A DNA stretch of 48,720 nt, taken from the NCBI GenBank assembly GCA_964399525.1, contig CAYNRF010000001.1:2125-50844 (forward strand), in the 5' to 3' direction. This stretch comes from an uncultured Phycisphaeraceae bacterium (GTDB lineage: Bacteria > Planctomycetota > Phycisphaerae > Phycisphaerales > UBA1924). Below, piece by piece: positions 8,342 to 17,600 of this stretch. The notes under the pieces were generated by a model. That model saw nothing but the letters and a program-made list of their open reading frames with translations, was not told the DNA's origin and searched no databases. A program made the position numbers and the translations under genes. Position 1 is the stretch's first letter, and each line of letters begins with the position of its first letter.

Positions 8342-10399
8342 ATGAAGATTCGCAGCATGGTTTCCGCGGCGTCCTTGTGCGCTGCGGCCGGGATGGTGGT
8401 TGCTCAGCCCACGACCGACGGCGTCTTCGACGCCGCGACCGAGGGCTCGTTCTACAGCGACATCATCTGGTTCAACAACGTCCCCACGGGGTTCGGCGAC
8501 AACCAGGCCGGTGACTTCACCGGCGGCAACTTCGGCAACCCGCAGGACGTGGATACGGGCGTGGAGATCCGCATCCCGCTCGAGGCGCTCGGGCTCAGCG
8601 GCAACGAGACGATCCGGATCGCCGGGTGGGTGAACTCGGGTGACCGCACCTTCAAGAGCAACCAGATCATCGGCGCGCTGCCGATCGACACGGGCAACCT
8701 GGGCGGTGCGCAGGACTTCAACGCCGGCAACCTGGCCGGCACCACGCAGCACGTGCAGGTGAACCTGGGCTCGATCGCCAGCGGCACCCGCGTGCTGGAC
8801 GGCGCCCTGGACGGCGGCGTGGCGGGCTCGTCCTACACCCGCGTGTTCCTCACGCAGAACTACACCGGCTTCGGCAACGAGACCGACGGCACGATCGACG
8901 GCTCGGGTCCCAACGGCGGCGGCTCCGAGATCAACGCCGTGTACCTGGCCAAGGACGCGGGCCACCTGTACATCTTCGTCGCGGGCAACCTCGAGACGAA
9001 CGGCAACGGGCTGGACATCTACATCGACACCGGCGCGGGCGGGCTCGGCACGCTCGGCGGCCAGGGCGGCTCGGGCGGGTTCATCCCCGGCGGGCAGTCG
9101 GGCCTGGTGTTCGACACGGGCTTCAACGCGAGCCGGCTGATCTCCATCGACACCTTCGACGACGACGGCAACGGGCAGACCGTCAACGTGCCCCGCGCCT
9201 GGTACGGCAACCTGCTCGCGGGCACGGTTGACCTGGCGGGCAACATCGCCGGCTACGGCGCCGCCGGCGCCGGCACGGCCTCGGGTGGAGACATCGGCTT
9301 CCCGCCCATCGGCCTGGCCGTTGACAACTCGAACACCGAGGGCGTCGAGGGCAACCCGGCCGCTCCCACCCCCGTCGCGCCGGACGCCGACTGGGCGTAC
9401 GGCTCCGAGCTCAACAACGTCCGTGCGTACATCGACGTGCCCAACAACCGGCTCCACGTGTTCGTCGCGGGCAACATGCAGGCCAACTACAACAAGCTGC
9501 AGCTGTTCTTCGACGCCCAGCCGGGCGGCCAGAACGTGATCCTCAACACGAACGTGGACATCTCGTTCAACGGCCTGAACAGCAACGCCGGCGTGGCGTT
9601 CGACACGGGCTTCGAGGCCGACTACTGGCTGAACATCAACAACGGCGTGGACGGCGGCACCAGCCAGCTCGTCCGCTTCACCGACGCCGCGACCCTGCGG
9701 ACCAACGGCGCCAATCTGGACCCGTTCTTCGGCGTGATCACCGACTACGGCTCCTTCGACGGCGGCAACGCGGCGGACAACCCCGTGCTGCTGTTCGACG
9801 GGCCCCGCGTGGACGTCCAGGACGGCTCGCTGGGCAGCCTGTTCGCCCAGTACGCCCCGCGTCTGACGGCGGACAACCCGCTGGCCCCGATCCCCGAGCT
9901 GCTCCGCGTCGCGTTCAACAACTCGAACGTGGCGGGCGTGACCGATTCATCGGCCGACCCGGCCGCCGTGCAGGCCGTCAACACCGGCATCGAGATCTCC
10001 ATCGACCTCGACGAGCTGGGCTGGGACGGTCAGCAGGACATCCTGATGGCCGGCTGGATCGCCAGCGCGGGCTTTGACTTCCTGTCCAATCAGGTCATCG
10101 GCGGTCTGCCCGACGGGTCCGCCAACATCGGCAGCCGCGACACCGACGGCGACGGGACCAACGACCTGGACTTCAACGCCATCGACGGCACCCAGTACGT
10201 CAACCTGAGCCAGCCGCCCGTGCAGCCCTGCCTGGCGGACTTCAACAACGACACGTTCGTGAACTTCTTCGACATCTCCGCCTTCATCGCGGCCTTCAAC
10301 GCCCAGAACCCCAGCGCCGATATCGCCGCCCCCTTCGGCGTCTTCAACTTCTTCGACATCTCGACCTTCATCGCCGCCTACAACGCCGGCTGCCCCTGA
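8342..10399 (+). CDS. Secreted repeat protein with C-terminal GC-type dockerin-like module
   Basis: Start ATG 8342 (MKIRSMVSAASLCAAAGMVVAQ signal peptide) with GGGAG 6 nt upstream; tracked ORF starts earlier at 8258. Internal A-B-B'-A' duplication. Tail is CLADFNNDTFVNFFDISAFIAAFNAQNPSADIAAPFGVFNFFDISTFIAAYNAGCP (10229-10396). Confidence 0.8.
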   Translation: MKIRSMVSAASLCAAAGMVVAQPTTDGVFDAATEGSFYSDIIWFNNVPTGFGDNQAGDFTGGNFGNPQDVDTGVEIRIPLEALGLSGNETIRIAGWVNSGDRTFKSNQIIGALPIDTGNLGGAQDFNAGNLAGTTQHVQVNLGSIASGTRVLDGALDGGVAGSSYTRVFLTQNYTGFGNETDGTIDGSGPNGGGSEINAVYLAKDAGHLYIFVAGNLETNGNGLDIYIDTGAGGLGTLGGQGGSGGFIPGGQSGLVFDTGFNASRLISIDTFDDDGNGQTVNVPRAWYGNLLAGTVDLAGNIAGYGAAGAGTASGGDIGFPPIGLAVDNSNTEGVEGNPAAPTPVAPDADWAYGSELNNVRAYIDVPNNRLHVFVAGNMQANYNKLQLFFDAQPGGQNVILNTNVDISFNGLNSNAGVAFDTGFEADYWLNINNGVDGGTSQLVRFTDAATLRTNGANLDPFFGVITDYGSFDGGNAADNPVLLFDGPRVDVQDGSLGSLFAQYAPRLTADNPLAPIPELLRVAFNNSNVAGVTDSSADPAAVQAVNTGIEISIDLDELGWDGQQDILMAGWIASAGFDFLSNQVIGGLPDGSANIGSRDTDGDGTNDLDFNAIDGTQYVNLSQPPVQPCLADFNNDTFVNFFDISAFIAAFNAQNPSADIAAPFGVFNFFDISTFIAAYNAGCP

Positions 10400-10442
10400 G
10401 TCGGACGTGCTGATTCTCTGAAGCTGGAACCATGCTCCCAGG

Positions 10443-10479
10443 GCCGCCCGCGTCGACCAACGCGGGCGGCTTGTTTCTT
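10443..10479 (+). terminator. Rho-independent terminator
   Basis: GCCGCCCGCG-TCGACCAA-CGCGGGCGGC (10-bp perfect stem) followed by TTGTTTCTT. Confidence 0.6.
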
Positions 10480-10514
10480 GGGCGGGTATGATCTGCCGAA
10501 CACGGAGAAACCCC

Positions 10515-11819
10515 ATGCGAAACCTCTTGTCCCGCGCGATCGTCGCCTGCCTGACGCCCGGCCTGCTCGCCCTGCCGGCGTCGGCCGTCACCTCTGCGGA
10601 GCCCGACATGGTCCAGCCGGAACTGCTGCCCCAGGGCTTCGTGCTCGTGGTGGAGGATCTGTCCCGCACCGCCACCCCTGACCAGCCGATCTATCTCGCC
10701 TCGAGCATCAACGGCTGGAATCCGGCCGATCCCGACTATGTGCTCTCGCCGCGGTCGGACACGCGGTGGCAGATCGTGGTCGACAAGATCCCGGCCAACA
10801 CCACCATCGCCTACAAGGTCACGATGGGCGGCTGGGACCGCGAGGAACTCGACGAGTCGGGCAGCTCGATCGCCAACCGGTCGCTGCCAAAGGTCGACCG
10901 CTCGAAGCTGGCCCCCGGCGAGCGTCCGGTGATCGAGATCCAGGTGCCCCAGTTCCGCATCCCGGCGCCGCTGGCCGACGTGGTGCGGCAGTCGGGTCCG
11001 TACCGCAGGCTCGAGGTGACCGGCGACGTGCGCCGTCTGCCCGTGCAGGGCGGGGCGGGCGGGGCGGAGGCGCTGACGCGGGATCTGCTGGTCTGGCTGC
11101 CCCCGGGATACGACGCTCCCGAGAACGCGGGCCGTTCGTATCCCGTGCTGTACCTGATGGACGGGCAGAATGTCTTCGAGGCGCTGCCGGGCCTGCCGGG
11201 AGAGTGGGGGGCGGACGAGACGGCGACGCGGCTGGTCGAAGCCGGTGAGATCAGACCGCTGATCATCGTGGGCGTGCCGCACGCGGGCGAGCACCGTCTG
11301 ACCGAGTATCTCCCGTTCGGCTCGATCCAGGGCAACGAGGCGGCCGGGCCGGAGTTCCTCGGATGGGTGCGCCGTGAGGTCATGCCGCGGGTGGAGCGTG
11401 CGTTTCGCGTGGCCTCCGGGCCGGAGAACACGGGCATCGGCGGGGCCTCGCTGGGCGGGGCGATCTCGCTGTACGCGGCGACGCAGCACCCCGACGTGTT
11501 CGGCCGGGTGATCGTCGAGTCGCTGCCGCTGCTGCCGGACAACGGCAACGCGGCGCGGGCGTATCTGGACTCGGTCAGCGCCTGGCCGGGGAACGTGTTT
11601 GTCGGCATGGGCGGGCGCGAGGTCAGCAACGACGGGCGCGACGCCGAGCGCAACGCGATGTACCGGGCGTGGGCCGAGGAGCTGGACGCCCGCCTGGCGG
11701 CCGCCGGGCTCGGGGCGGACGCTCGGCGTCTGCGGATCGACGCCGAGGCCAACCACAACGAACTCGCTTGGGCCGCGCGGTTCCCGGAAGCCCTGGTCTT
11801 CCTGTTCCCCGCCGAGTGA
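10515..11819 (+). CDS. Secreted esterase-family alpha/beta hydrolase with N-terminal CBM48/glycogen-binding-like domain
   Basis: Start ATG 10515 (MRNLLSRAIVACLTPGLLALPASA) with GGAGA upstream. N-terminal block is YLASSINGWNPADPDYVL...WQIVV. Esterase (PF00756-like) blocks are YPVLYLMDGQNVF and GIGGASLGGAISLY, containing the nucleophile-elbow Ser. Confidence 0.8.
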   Translation: MRNLLSRAIVACLTPGLLALPASAVTSAEPDMVQPELLPQGFVLVVEDLSRTATPDQPIYLASSINGWNPADPDYVLSPRSDTRWQIVVDKIPANTTIAYKVTMGGWDREELDESGSSIANRSLPKVDRSKLAPGERPVIEIQVPQFRIPAPLADVVRQSGPYRRLEVTGDVRRLPVQGGAGGAEALTRDLLVWLPPGYDAPENAGRSYPVLYLMDGQNVFEALPGLPGEWGADETATRLVEAGEIRPLIIVGVPHAGEHRLTEYLPFGSIQGNEAAGPEFLGWVRREVMPRVERAFRVASGPENTGIGGASLGGAISLYAATQHPDVFGRVIVESLPLLPDNGNAARAYLDSVSAWPGNVFVGMGGREVSNDGRDAERNAMYRAWAEELDARLAAAGLGADARRLRIDAEANHNELAWAARFPEALVFLFPAE

Positions 11820-11844
11820 TTGATCCCGGATTTTCCAAGCTCCG

Positions 11845-11873
11845 ACGCGTCCGGCCACCGGACGCGTTTTTTT
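11845..11873 (+). terminator. Rho-independent terminator
   Basis: ACGCGTCCGG-CCA-CCGGACGCGT followed by a T7 run. An outer 8-bp inverted repeat is ATCCCGGA (11823) / TCCGGGAT (11873). Confidence 0.65.
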
Positions 11874-11884
11874 CCGGGATCTGT

Positions 11885-13243
11885 TCACACCTTGATGACG
11901 ATGTTCCTGCGCCAGAGCCACCAGCAGAAGAACCACCACATCGTCAGCCAGGTCAGCACGAAAACCCAGCCACCCCAGGCCATGGCCCACCACTCGCCGG
12001 CGCCGCGGAGCGCGGCCCAGTGCTGAACCCAGTTGATGAACCCGCCCGCCATGGCGCCGGCGTGGCCGTTGGGGTGGATGATCTGCCACTTGGCGAAGAT
12101 GGTCTTGAAGGTGAACTCGGCGCCCATGTAGAGGGCCAGGGCGTTGAGGCCGTAGACGCGGAAGACGAAGCAGGTGGAGATCTTCCAGACGTCGGTGACG
12201 AGGTAGAACCCCGCGAGCAGCATGGCCCCGGTGCCCGCGGCCAGCAGGCAGTAACTGGGCGTGAAGATCCACTTGCTGAAGGGCTGCGTCAGCGGGCCGA
12301 GCGAGCCGCCGCCCTCGGGGCGATAACCGGCCTGCAGGAGGTACGACAACGCGGTGACGAGAACGCCGATGCCCAGCAGCATGCCCGCCCGACGAAGTTT
12401 GGGCCATTTCTCGCTGGTGATCAGTTCGGTGCACCAGCCGCCCATCACCGCGACCGCGGCCAGCGGGAGGAACTGCTGGGCCATGCCGAACCAGCCAACC
12501 ACGAAGGCCCAGAACCGGGGCTCGCCGTTGGCGCGGAGGGTGGCCTTGGTGTGCTCGAGGTGGAGCAGGCGCTTGATGTCGTCGAGGTGGGTGAAGGTGC
12601 CAGGGCCGGTGAACTCGCCGCCGAGCACGCGGGGGGCGAGATTGGCGGCCTGCATCACGCCGCGGGCATAGTCGGCGGTGATGATCAGCGGCAGGGCGAG
12701 TTTGGCCAGCAGGATGGCGACCACGGCGGTGACCTGGGCCCAGCGCGGCATGAGGTAGATGCAGACCGCGACGAAGTAGCCCGCGCCGATGAGTTGCAGG
12801 ATGTTCCAGCTGAACCAGTCCGTCCAGGTCAGGGCGCGGTCGTAGGCCGGGCTGGCGACGGTGAGCAGCACGCCGAGCAGGTAGATGATGAGTCCCCGTC
12901 GGGCCGCGGCGGCCACTTTGGCCCAGGCACTCATCGAACGACCACGCCCGGACTTCATGGAGAGCGGGATGGCGGCCCCGGCGATGAACAGGAACCACGG
13001 GAAGACCAGGTCGGTGAAGGTGGCGCCCTGCTCGGGGGCGTTCCAGTCGATGTGGAAGAACTGCGGGTGGAACACCTTCTGGTTCCAGGTCATGTTGACG
13101 AAGAGCATGGCGGCGATGTCGAAGCCGCGGAAGGCGTCGAGGCACAGCAGGCGTTCGCGCTTGGCAGGGGCTGCCGGTGCGGGAGGAGCGGGGGCCGAGG
13201 GGGGGGCGGAAGGGGCGGCGGGTTCGGAGGCGATGCGGCTCAT
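11885..13243 (-). CDS. Polytopic membrane protein, DUF5009/DUF1624 heparan-alpha-glucosaminide N-acetyltransferase (HGSNAT)-like
   Basis: 452 aa. Pro/Ala-rich N-terminus, then RLLCLDAFRGFDIAAMLFVN and TFTDLVFPWFLFIAGAA, followed by many TM segments. The start ATG overlaps the lysA stop (ATGA at 13240-13243). Confidence 0.8.
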   Translation of the reverse strand: MSRIASEPAAPSAPPSAPAPPAPAAPAKRERLLCLDAFRGFDIAAMLFVNMTWNQKVFHPQFFHIDWNAPEQGATFTDLVFPWFLFIAGAAIPLSMKSGRGRSMSAWAKVAAAARRGLIIYLLGVLLTVASPAYDRALTWTDWFSWNILQLIGAGYFVAVCIYLMPRWAQVTAVVAILLAKLALPLIITADYARGVMQAANLAPRVLGGEFTGPGTFTHLDDIKRLLHLEHTKATLRANGEPRFWAFVVGWFGMAQQFLPLAAVAVMGGWCTELITSEKWPKLRRAGMLLGIGVLVTALSYLLQAGYRPEGGGSLGPLTQPFSKWIFTPSYCLLAAGTGAMLLAGFYLVTDVWKISTCFVFRVYGLNALALYMGAEFTFKTIFAKWQIIHPNGHAGAMAGGFINWVQHWAALRGAGEWWAMAWGGWVFVLTWLTMWWFFCWWLWRRNIVIKV

Positions 13244-14628
13244 CGGGCGGCCTCCGCGGGCAGGGGCACGGGCTGTTCGGCGAGGCCCGGAATGACCAGT
13301 TCGGCCGGGTGCTGGCGGGGGCGGAGCAGGGTGGCGCGGTCGGCGTCGACGAGCACCTCGGCCGGCAAGACCTGATCGTTGTAGGTGCTGGCCATGGTCA
13401 TGCCGTAGGCCCCGGCGGTGAACACGGCCAGGCGGTCGCCGCGCCGGACCTCGGGCAGGTGGATGCCGCGGGCGAGGAAGTCGCCGGACTCGCAGACCGG
13501 GCCGACGACATCGCAGGGTTCGACGCCGGGAGTTGGGGGCTCGAAGCGGCGGCTCGGAGGTTCGAAGCCGGGTTCGACCGTGGTGGGCCAGATGAAGTGC
13601 TTCGCCCCGTACAGCGACGGACGGATGAGTGCGTTCATGCCGGCGTCGCAGATCACGAAGCGGCGGCCGCCCTGGCGTTTGACGTGGCGAACGGTGACCA
13701 GCAGGACACCCGCGTTGGCCATGATGGTGCGCCCAGGTTCGAGGGCGATGTGCACGCCGCGGGTGACGAGGGGGCGGAGACGCGGGATCATCGCCTCCGC
13801 GAAAGTGGTGAAGGGTGGCGTCTGGCCGGTCTCGTAGTCCGCGCCGATGCCGCCGCCGAGGTCGAGATGGGTGACGGTGGTGCCCTCGGACTCGACACGG
13901 TCGATCAACATGGCCAGGCGGTCGATGGCTTGGAGATAGGGGTCGGGCTTGTAGATGGGCGAGCCGAGGTGGACGTGGAAGCCGGCGATGGCGACATCCG
14001 GATGGCCGCGGAAGTCGGCGCAGAGAGCGATCGCCTGATCAGCGGGAACGCCAAACTTGTCGCCCGCGCGTCCGGTCGTGGTGTGGTCGTGGGCGCCGGC
14101 GTCGATGTCGGGGTTGAGCCGGATGGCGACCCGGGCCCGGACGCCGAGTTCGGCGGCCACGGCCGCGATGCGTTCGAGTTCCGAGCGGGACTCGGTGTTG
14201 AGCACGCCGACCGGGCCGCGGGCGGCGGGGTCACCGGCATCGAGTTCACCGGCCCGGCCGCGGAGCGGGCTGAACCGGCCGTCGAGGGCGGCGCGGATCT
14301 CCTCGTCCGACTTGCCCACGCCAGCGAAGACCACCTTGTCCATCGGGCAACCGGCCAGCCAGGCCCGCTCGAGTTCGATGCCGGAGACCACGTCCATGCC
14401 CATGCCCGCCCCGACCAGGCGGCGGAGGACGCCGAGGTTCGAGCAGGCCTTGACGGCGTAGCAGAGCAGCGGATCGACTTCGGCGAAGGCCGCCCGGAAT
14501 CGTGTCACATGGTCGAGCATGGTCCGCTGGGAATAGACATACAGCGGCGTGCCGAGGGCGTCGGCCAGGGTGTCGGCGGCGATACCCTCCGCGTGGAGAC
14601 GGCCCGAGATGTAATGGAAATGGTCCAT
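13240..14628 (-). CDS. lysA: Diaminopimelate decarboxylase
   Basis: 462 aa. GTPLYVYS, CYAVKACSN (PLP Lys), DVVSG.ELERA, FHVHLGS, LDLGGGIG, EPGR.IMANAG, VVGPVCESGD and YGMTMASTYN blocks are collinear with LysA. Confidence 0.93.
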   Translation of the reverse strand: MDHFHYISGRLHAEGIAADTLADALGTPLYVYSQRTMLDHVTRFRAAFAEVDPLLCYAVKACSNLGVLRRLVGAGMGMDVVSGIELERAWLAGCPMDKVVFAGVGKSDEEIRAALDGRFSPLRGRAGELDAGDPAARGPVGVLNTESRSELERIAAVAAELGVRARVAIRLNPDIDAGAHDHTTTGRAGDKFGVPADQAIALCADFRGHPDVAIAGFHVHLGSPIYKPDPYLQAIDRLAMLIDRVESEGTTVTHLDLGGGIGADYETGQTPPFTTFAEAMIPRLRPLVTRGVHIALEPGRTIMANAGVLLVTVRHVKRQGGRRFVICDAGMNALIRPSLYGAKHFIWPTTVEPGFEPPSRRFEPPTPGVEPCDVVGPVCESGDFLARGIHLPEVRRGDRLAVFTAGAYGMTMASTYNDQVLPAEVLVDADRATLLRPRQHPAELVIPGLAEQPVPLPAEAAR

Positions 14629-14644
14629 GCGAGGGGGTTCGGAA

Positions 14645-14660
14645 GATTATAGAATATTCG
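14645..14660. promoter_or_regulatory. AT-only motif GATTATAGAATATTCG; candidate bidirectional -10 core in the 51-bp lysA/GH38 divergent gap
   Basis: The plus strand reads TAGAAT (14650-14655), 24 nt before the GH38 ATG. The minus strand reads TATAAT (14651-14646), 17 nt before the lysA ATG. The 12-mer TTATAGAATATT recurs at 25923-25934 on the minus strand. Confidence 0.4.
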
Positions 14661-14679
14661 CCCGCCACTGGAGCCTGCC

Positions 14680-17600
14680 ATGAAGGTCGACGCCCAAATC
14701 TTCCGCCCCCGCTTCGAGACGCTGTGCCGGGAGGTGATCGGACCGGCGATCTATCCGGACGCCGAGCGGCTGGCGGTGGGGGCCTGGGGGACCGACGAGC
14801 GGTTCGCGATCGGCAAGGCCCGGGCGGCACGGTTCGAGCCGGTGGCGTTGCCGCACGCGTGGGGCCCGGCGTGGTCCACGGCCTGGTTCAAGTTGACGGG
14901 CAAGGTGCCGGAGCGGTTCGCGGGCAGGGCCGTGCACCTGCGGTTCGATCCTGGGACCGAGGCGACGGTCTGGGTCGGGAACGATCCCGTGCGGGGGTTG
15001 GATGAGAACCGCGATTCGGTGGATCTGGGCCTGGTGAATGTGGATAACTCGGCCGGAGCGTCGGTTGAGGTGCTGGTCGAGGCGGCGTGCAATCACCCGT
15101 TCGGCGATCAGGTGTTCACATGGGACAGCCGCGAGCGGGGGGAGAAGTGGCGGTCGGCCACGCCCGGGCTCGTGTCCCGGGCCGAGCTGGCGGTGTTCGA
15201 CGAGACGGTCTGGCGGCTGCACCGGCGGATGCTGTTCGCGACGCAGCTGCTGGCGGAACTGGAGCCGGAGTCGGTCCGGGCCCAGGACCTGTACGCCTGC
15301 CTGCGGCACGCGGCGGACGCGGTGGACGACGCGGACGTGGCCGGGTCGGCGGCGGGAGCGTTGCGGACCCTCAACGAGGGGCTGGGCCGGTCGGCGGGCG
15401 GGTCGACGCCGCGGCTGGTCTGCGTGGCCCATGCACACATCGACACCGCCTGGCTGTGGACGCTGGCGGAGACGCGGCGGAAGGTGGTCCGGTCGTGGAC
15501 GAACACGCTGGACCTGATGGACCGCGATCCGGCGCTGCACTTCATGTGCTCGCAGCCGCAGCAGTACAAGTGGCTGGAGTCGGACGCGCCGGCGGTGTTC
15601 GAACGGATCAGGAAGAGGGCGGCGGAGGGTCGGTGGGAGCCGGTCGGATCGATGTGGGTCGAGCCGGACGCGCTGGTGCCGTCGGGCGAATCGCTGATGC
15701 GGCAGATGCTGTACGGCGTGCGTTATTTTGAGTCGCGGTTCGGGGAGCATGGGCGACAGCGGATGGTCTATCTGCCGGACACCTTCGGCTTCCCGGCGTG
15801 CCTGCCGTCGATCATGCGGGCGTGCGGCGCGGACGTGTTCATCACGAACAAGATCTCGTGGAACCAGGCCAACACCTTCCCGCACACCTCGTTCCGCTGG
15901 CGGGGGATGGACGGGTCGGAGGTGCTGGCGCACAACACGCCGGGCGGGGACTACAACGCGACGCTGACGCCGAAGGAGTTGCGCAAGGCGACGGCCAACG
16001 TGCGGGGGCGGGATGCGGCCGGGCTGGCCGGGCCGGCGGTCGCGCTGCAGCCGTTCGGGTTCGGCGATGGCGGCGGGGGGCCGACGGCCGACATGCTCGA
16101 GCGGGCGCACGCGGCGGCGGATTGTGAGGGCCTGCCGCGGGCGGAGCTGGGGTCGGTGGCGGGGTTCCTGGACGCCCTGAAGCAGGAGGACGAGCGGGCG
16201 GGGGGTCTGCCGGCGTGGTCGGGTCCGCTGGACCTGGAGCTGCACCGCGGCGTGCTGACGACGCACGCGTGGCTCAAGCGGGCGAACCGGGCGGCGGAGC
16301 GTGAGCTGCGGGTGGCGGAGCTGCTGGCGTGCGGGAGCGCGGCCCCGGCGGCGGCCACGCAGGAGAAACTCGACGAGGCCTGGGAGCGGACGCTGCTCAA
16401 TCAGTTCCACGACATCCTGCCGGGATCGTCGATCGGGCCGGTGTACGAAGATGCGCGCCGGGACCATGCCGAGATTTCGGCGATCGCGGCGGAAGTGCAG
16501 TCGGGGGCGGTGGTCCCGGGCGGTGAAACGTTCGTGTTGAACGCGGCAACGGACGGGCGGCGCGTCGTGGTTGAGGACGGGGGCACGCTGCGGCTGGTTG
16601 AAGCCGCGGCGTTCGGATTGCATCCCATGCAAGAGGTGCGTCCGGCCCATCCCGTGCGTGTCGAAGGCGCCCGGATCACCAACGGGCTGGTGTCGTTCGA
16701 GGTCGATGAGGCCGGACGGCTCGGCCATCTCGCGCACGCGGGCGGGGTCGATCTGGCGGCGGAGCGACCGCTCAACGAGCTGCGCCTGTACCGCGACCGG
16801 CCGATGAACTGGGACGCCTGGGATATCGATCTGGACTACGAGCGGAATCTGGCGTGGACCAACGACGCACCGGCCAAGGTCGAGATCCTGCGCGCGGACG
16901 CGTTGCGGGCCGAGGTGCGGGTGACCCATCGGATGGGCTCCTCGGCGTACACGCAGGTCTTCCGGCTGGACGCCGATTCGCCGGTGGTGGAGGTGCTCAC
17001 CCAGATCGACTGGCGGGAGCGGCACCGGATGCTGCGGGTGGAGAGCACGCCGCCAGTGTCGTGCGAGCGGGTGACGGTGGGCACGCAGTTCGGGTTCGTG
17101 TCCCGGCCGACGCACCGGAACACGAGCTGGGACCGCTTCGCGTTCGAGTTTGCGTGCCATCGCTGGATGGATGCCGCGCAGCCCGGGCGGGGACTGGCGG
17201 TCCTCAGCGACGCGCTGTACGGGCGGTCGGCCCACGGAAGGACGCTCGGACTCTCGCTGCTGCGTTCGCCGACGCACCCGGATCCGCAGGCGGATCAGGG
17301 TGCGAACACGCTGCGGTATGGCTTCCTGCCGCACGCGGGCGACTGGCGGGCGGCCGATGTGGACCGGCACGCCGAGGCGTTCGGAGAGCCGGCGCGGGTG
17401 ATCCGCGCGGGTTCAGGGATCGCGCCGGTGACGGTGCGGTGCGAGCAGGGCGGACGGGTTGAGATCGCGGCATTCAAGCGGGCGGCGGACGGGCCGGGTC
17501 GCGTGCTGCGGATCGTGGAGACCCGCGGGATGCACACGGGCGTCGATGTGGCATTCGCGTCGGCGTCGCGGCTTCGGCGGGTGGATGGGCTGGAGCGGGC

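Noticed and set aside
13199-13206. G8 homopolymer (C8 on the coding strand) in the Pro/Ala-rich N-terminus of the HGSNAT-like gene, as a phase-variation tract.
   Set aside because: Such runs are expected from Pro (CCC/CCG) codons in a GC-rich genome. There is no evidence of alternative frames giving a product. It would need population sequence data.
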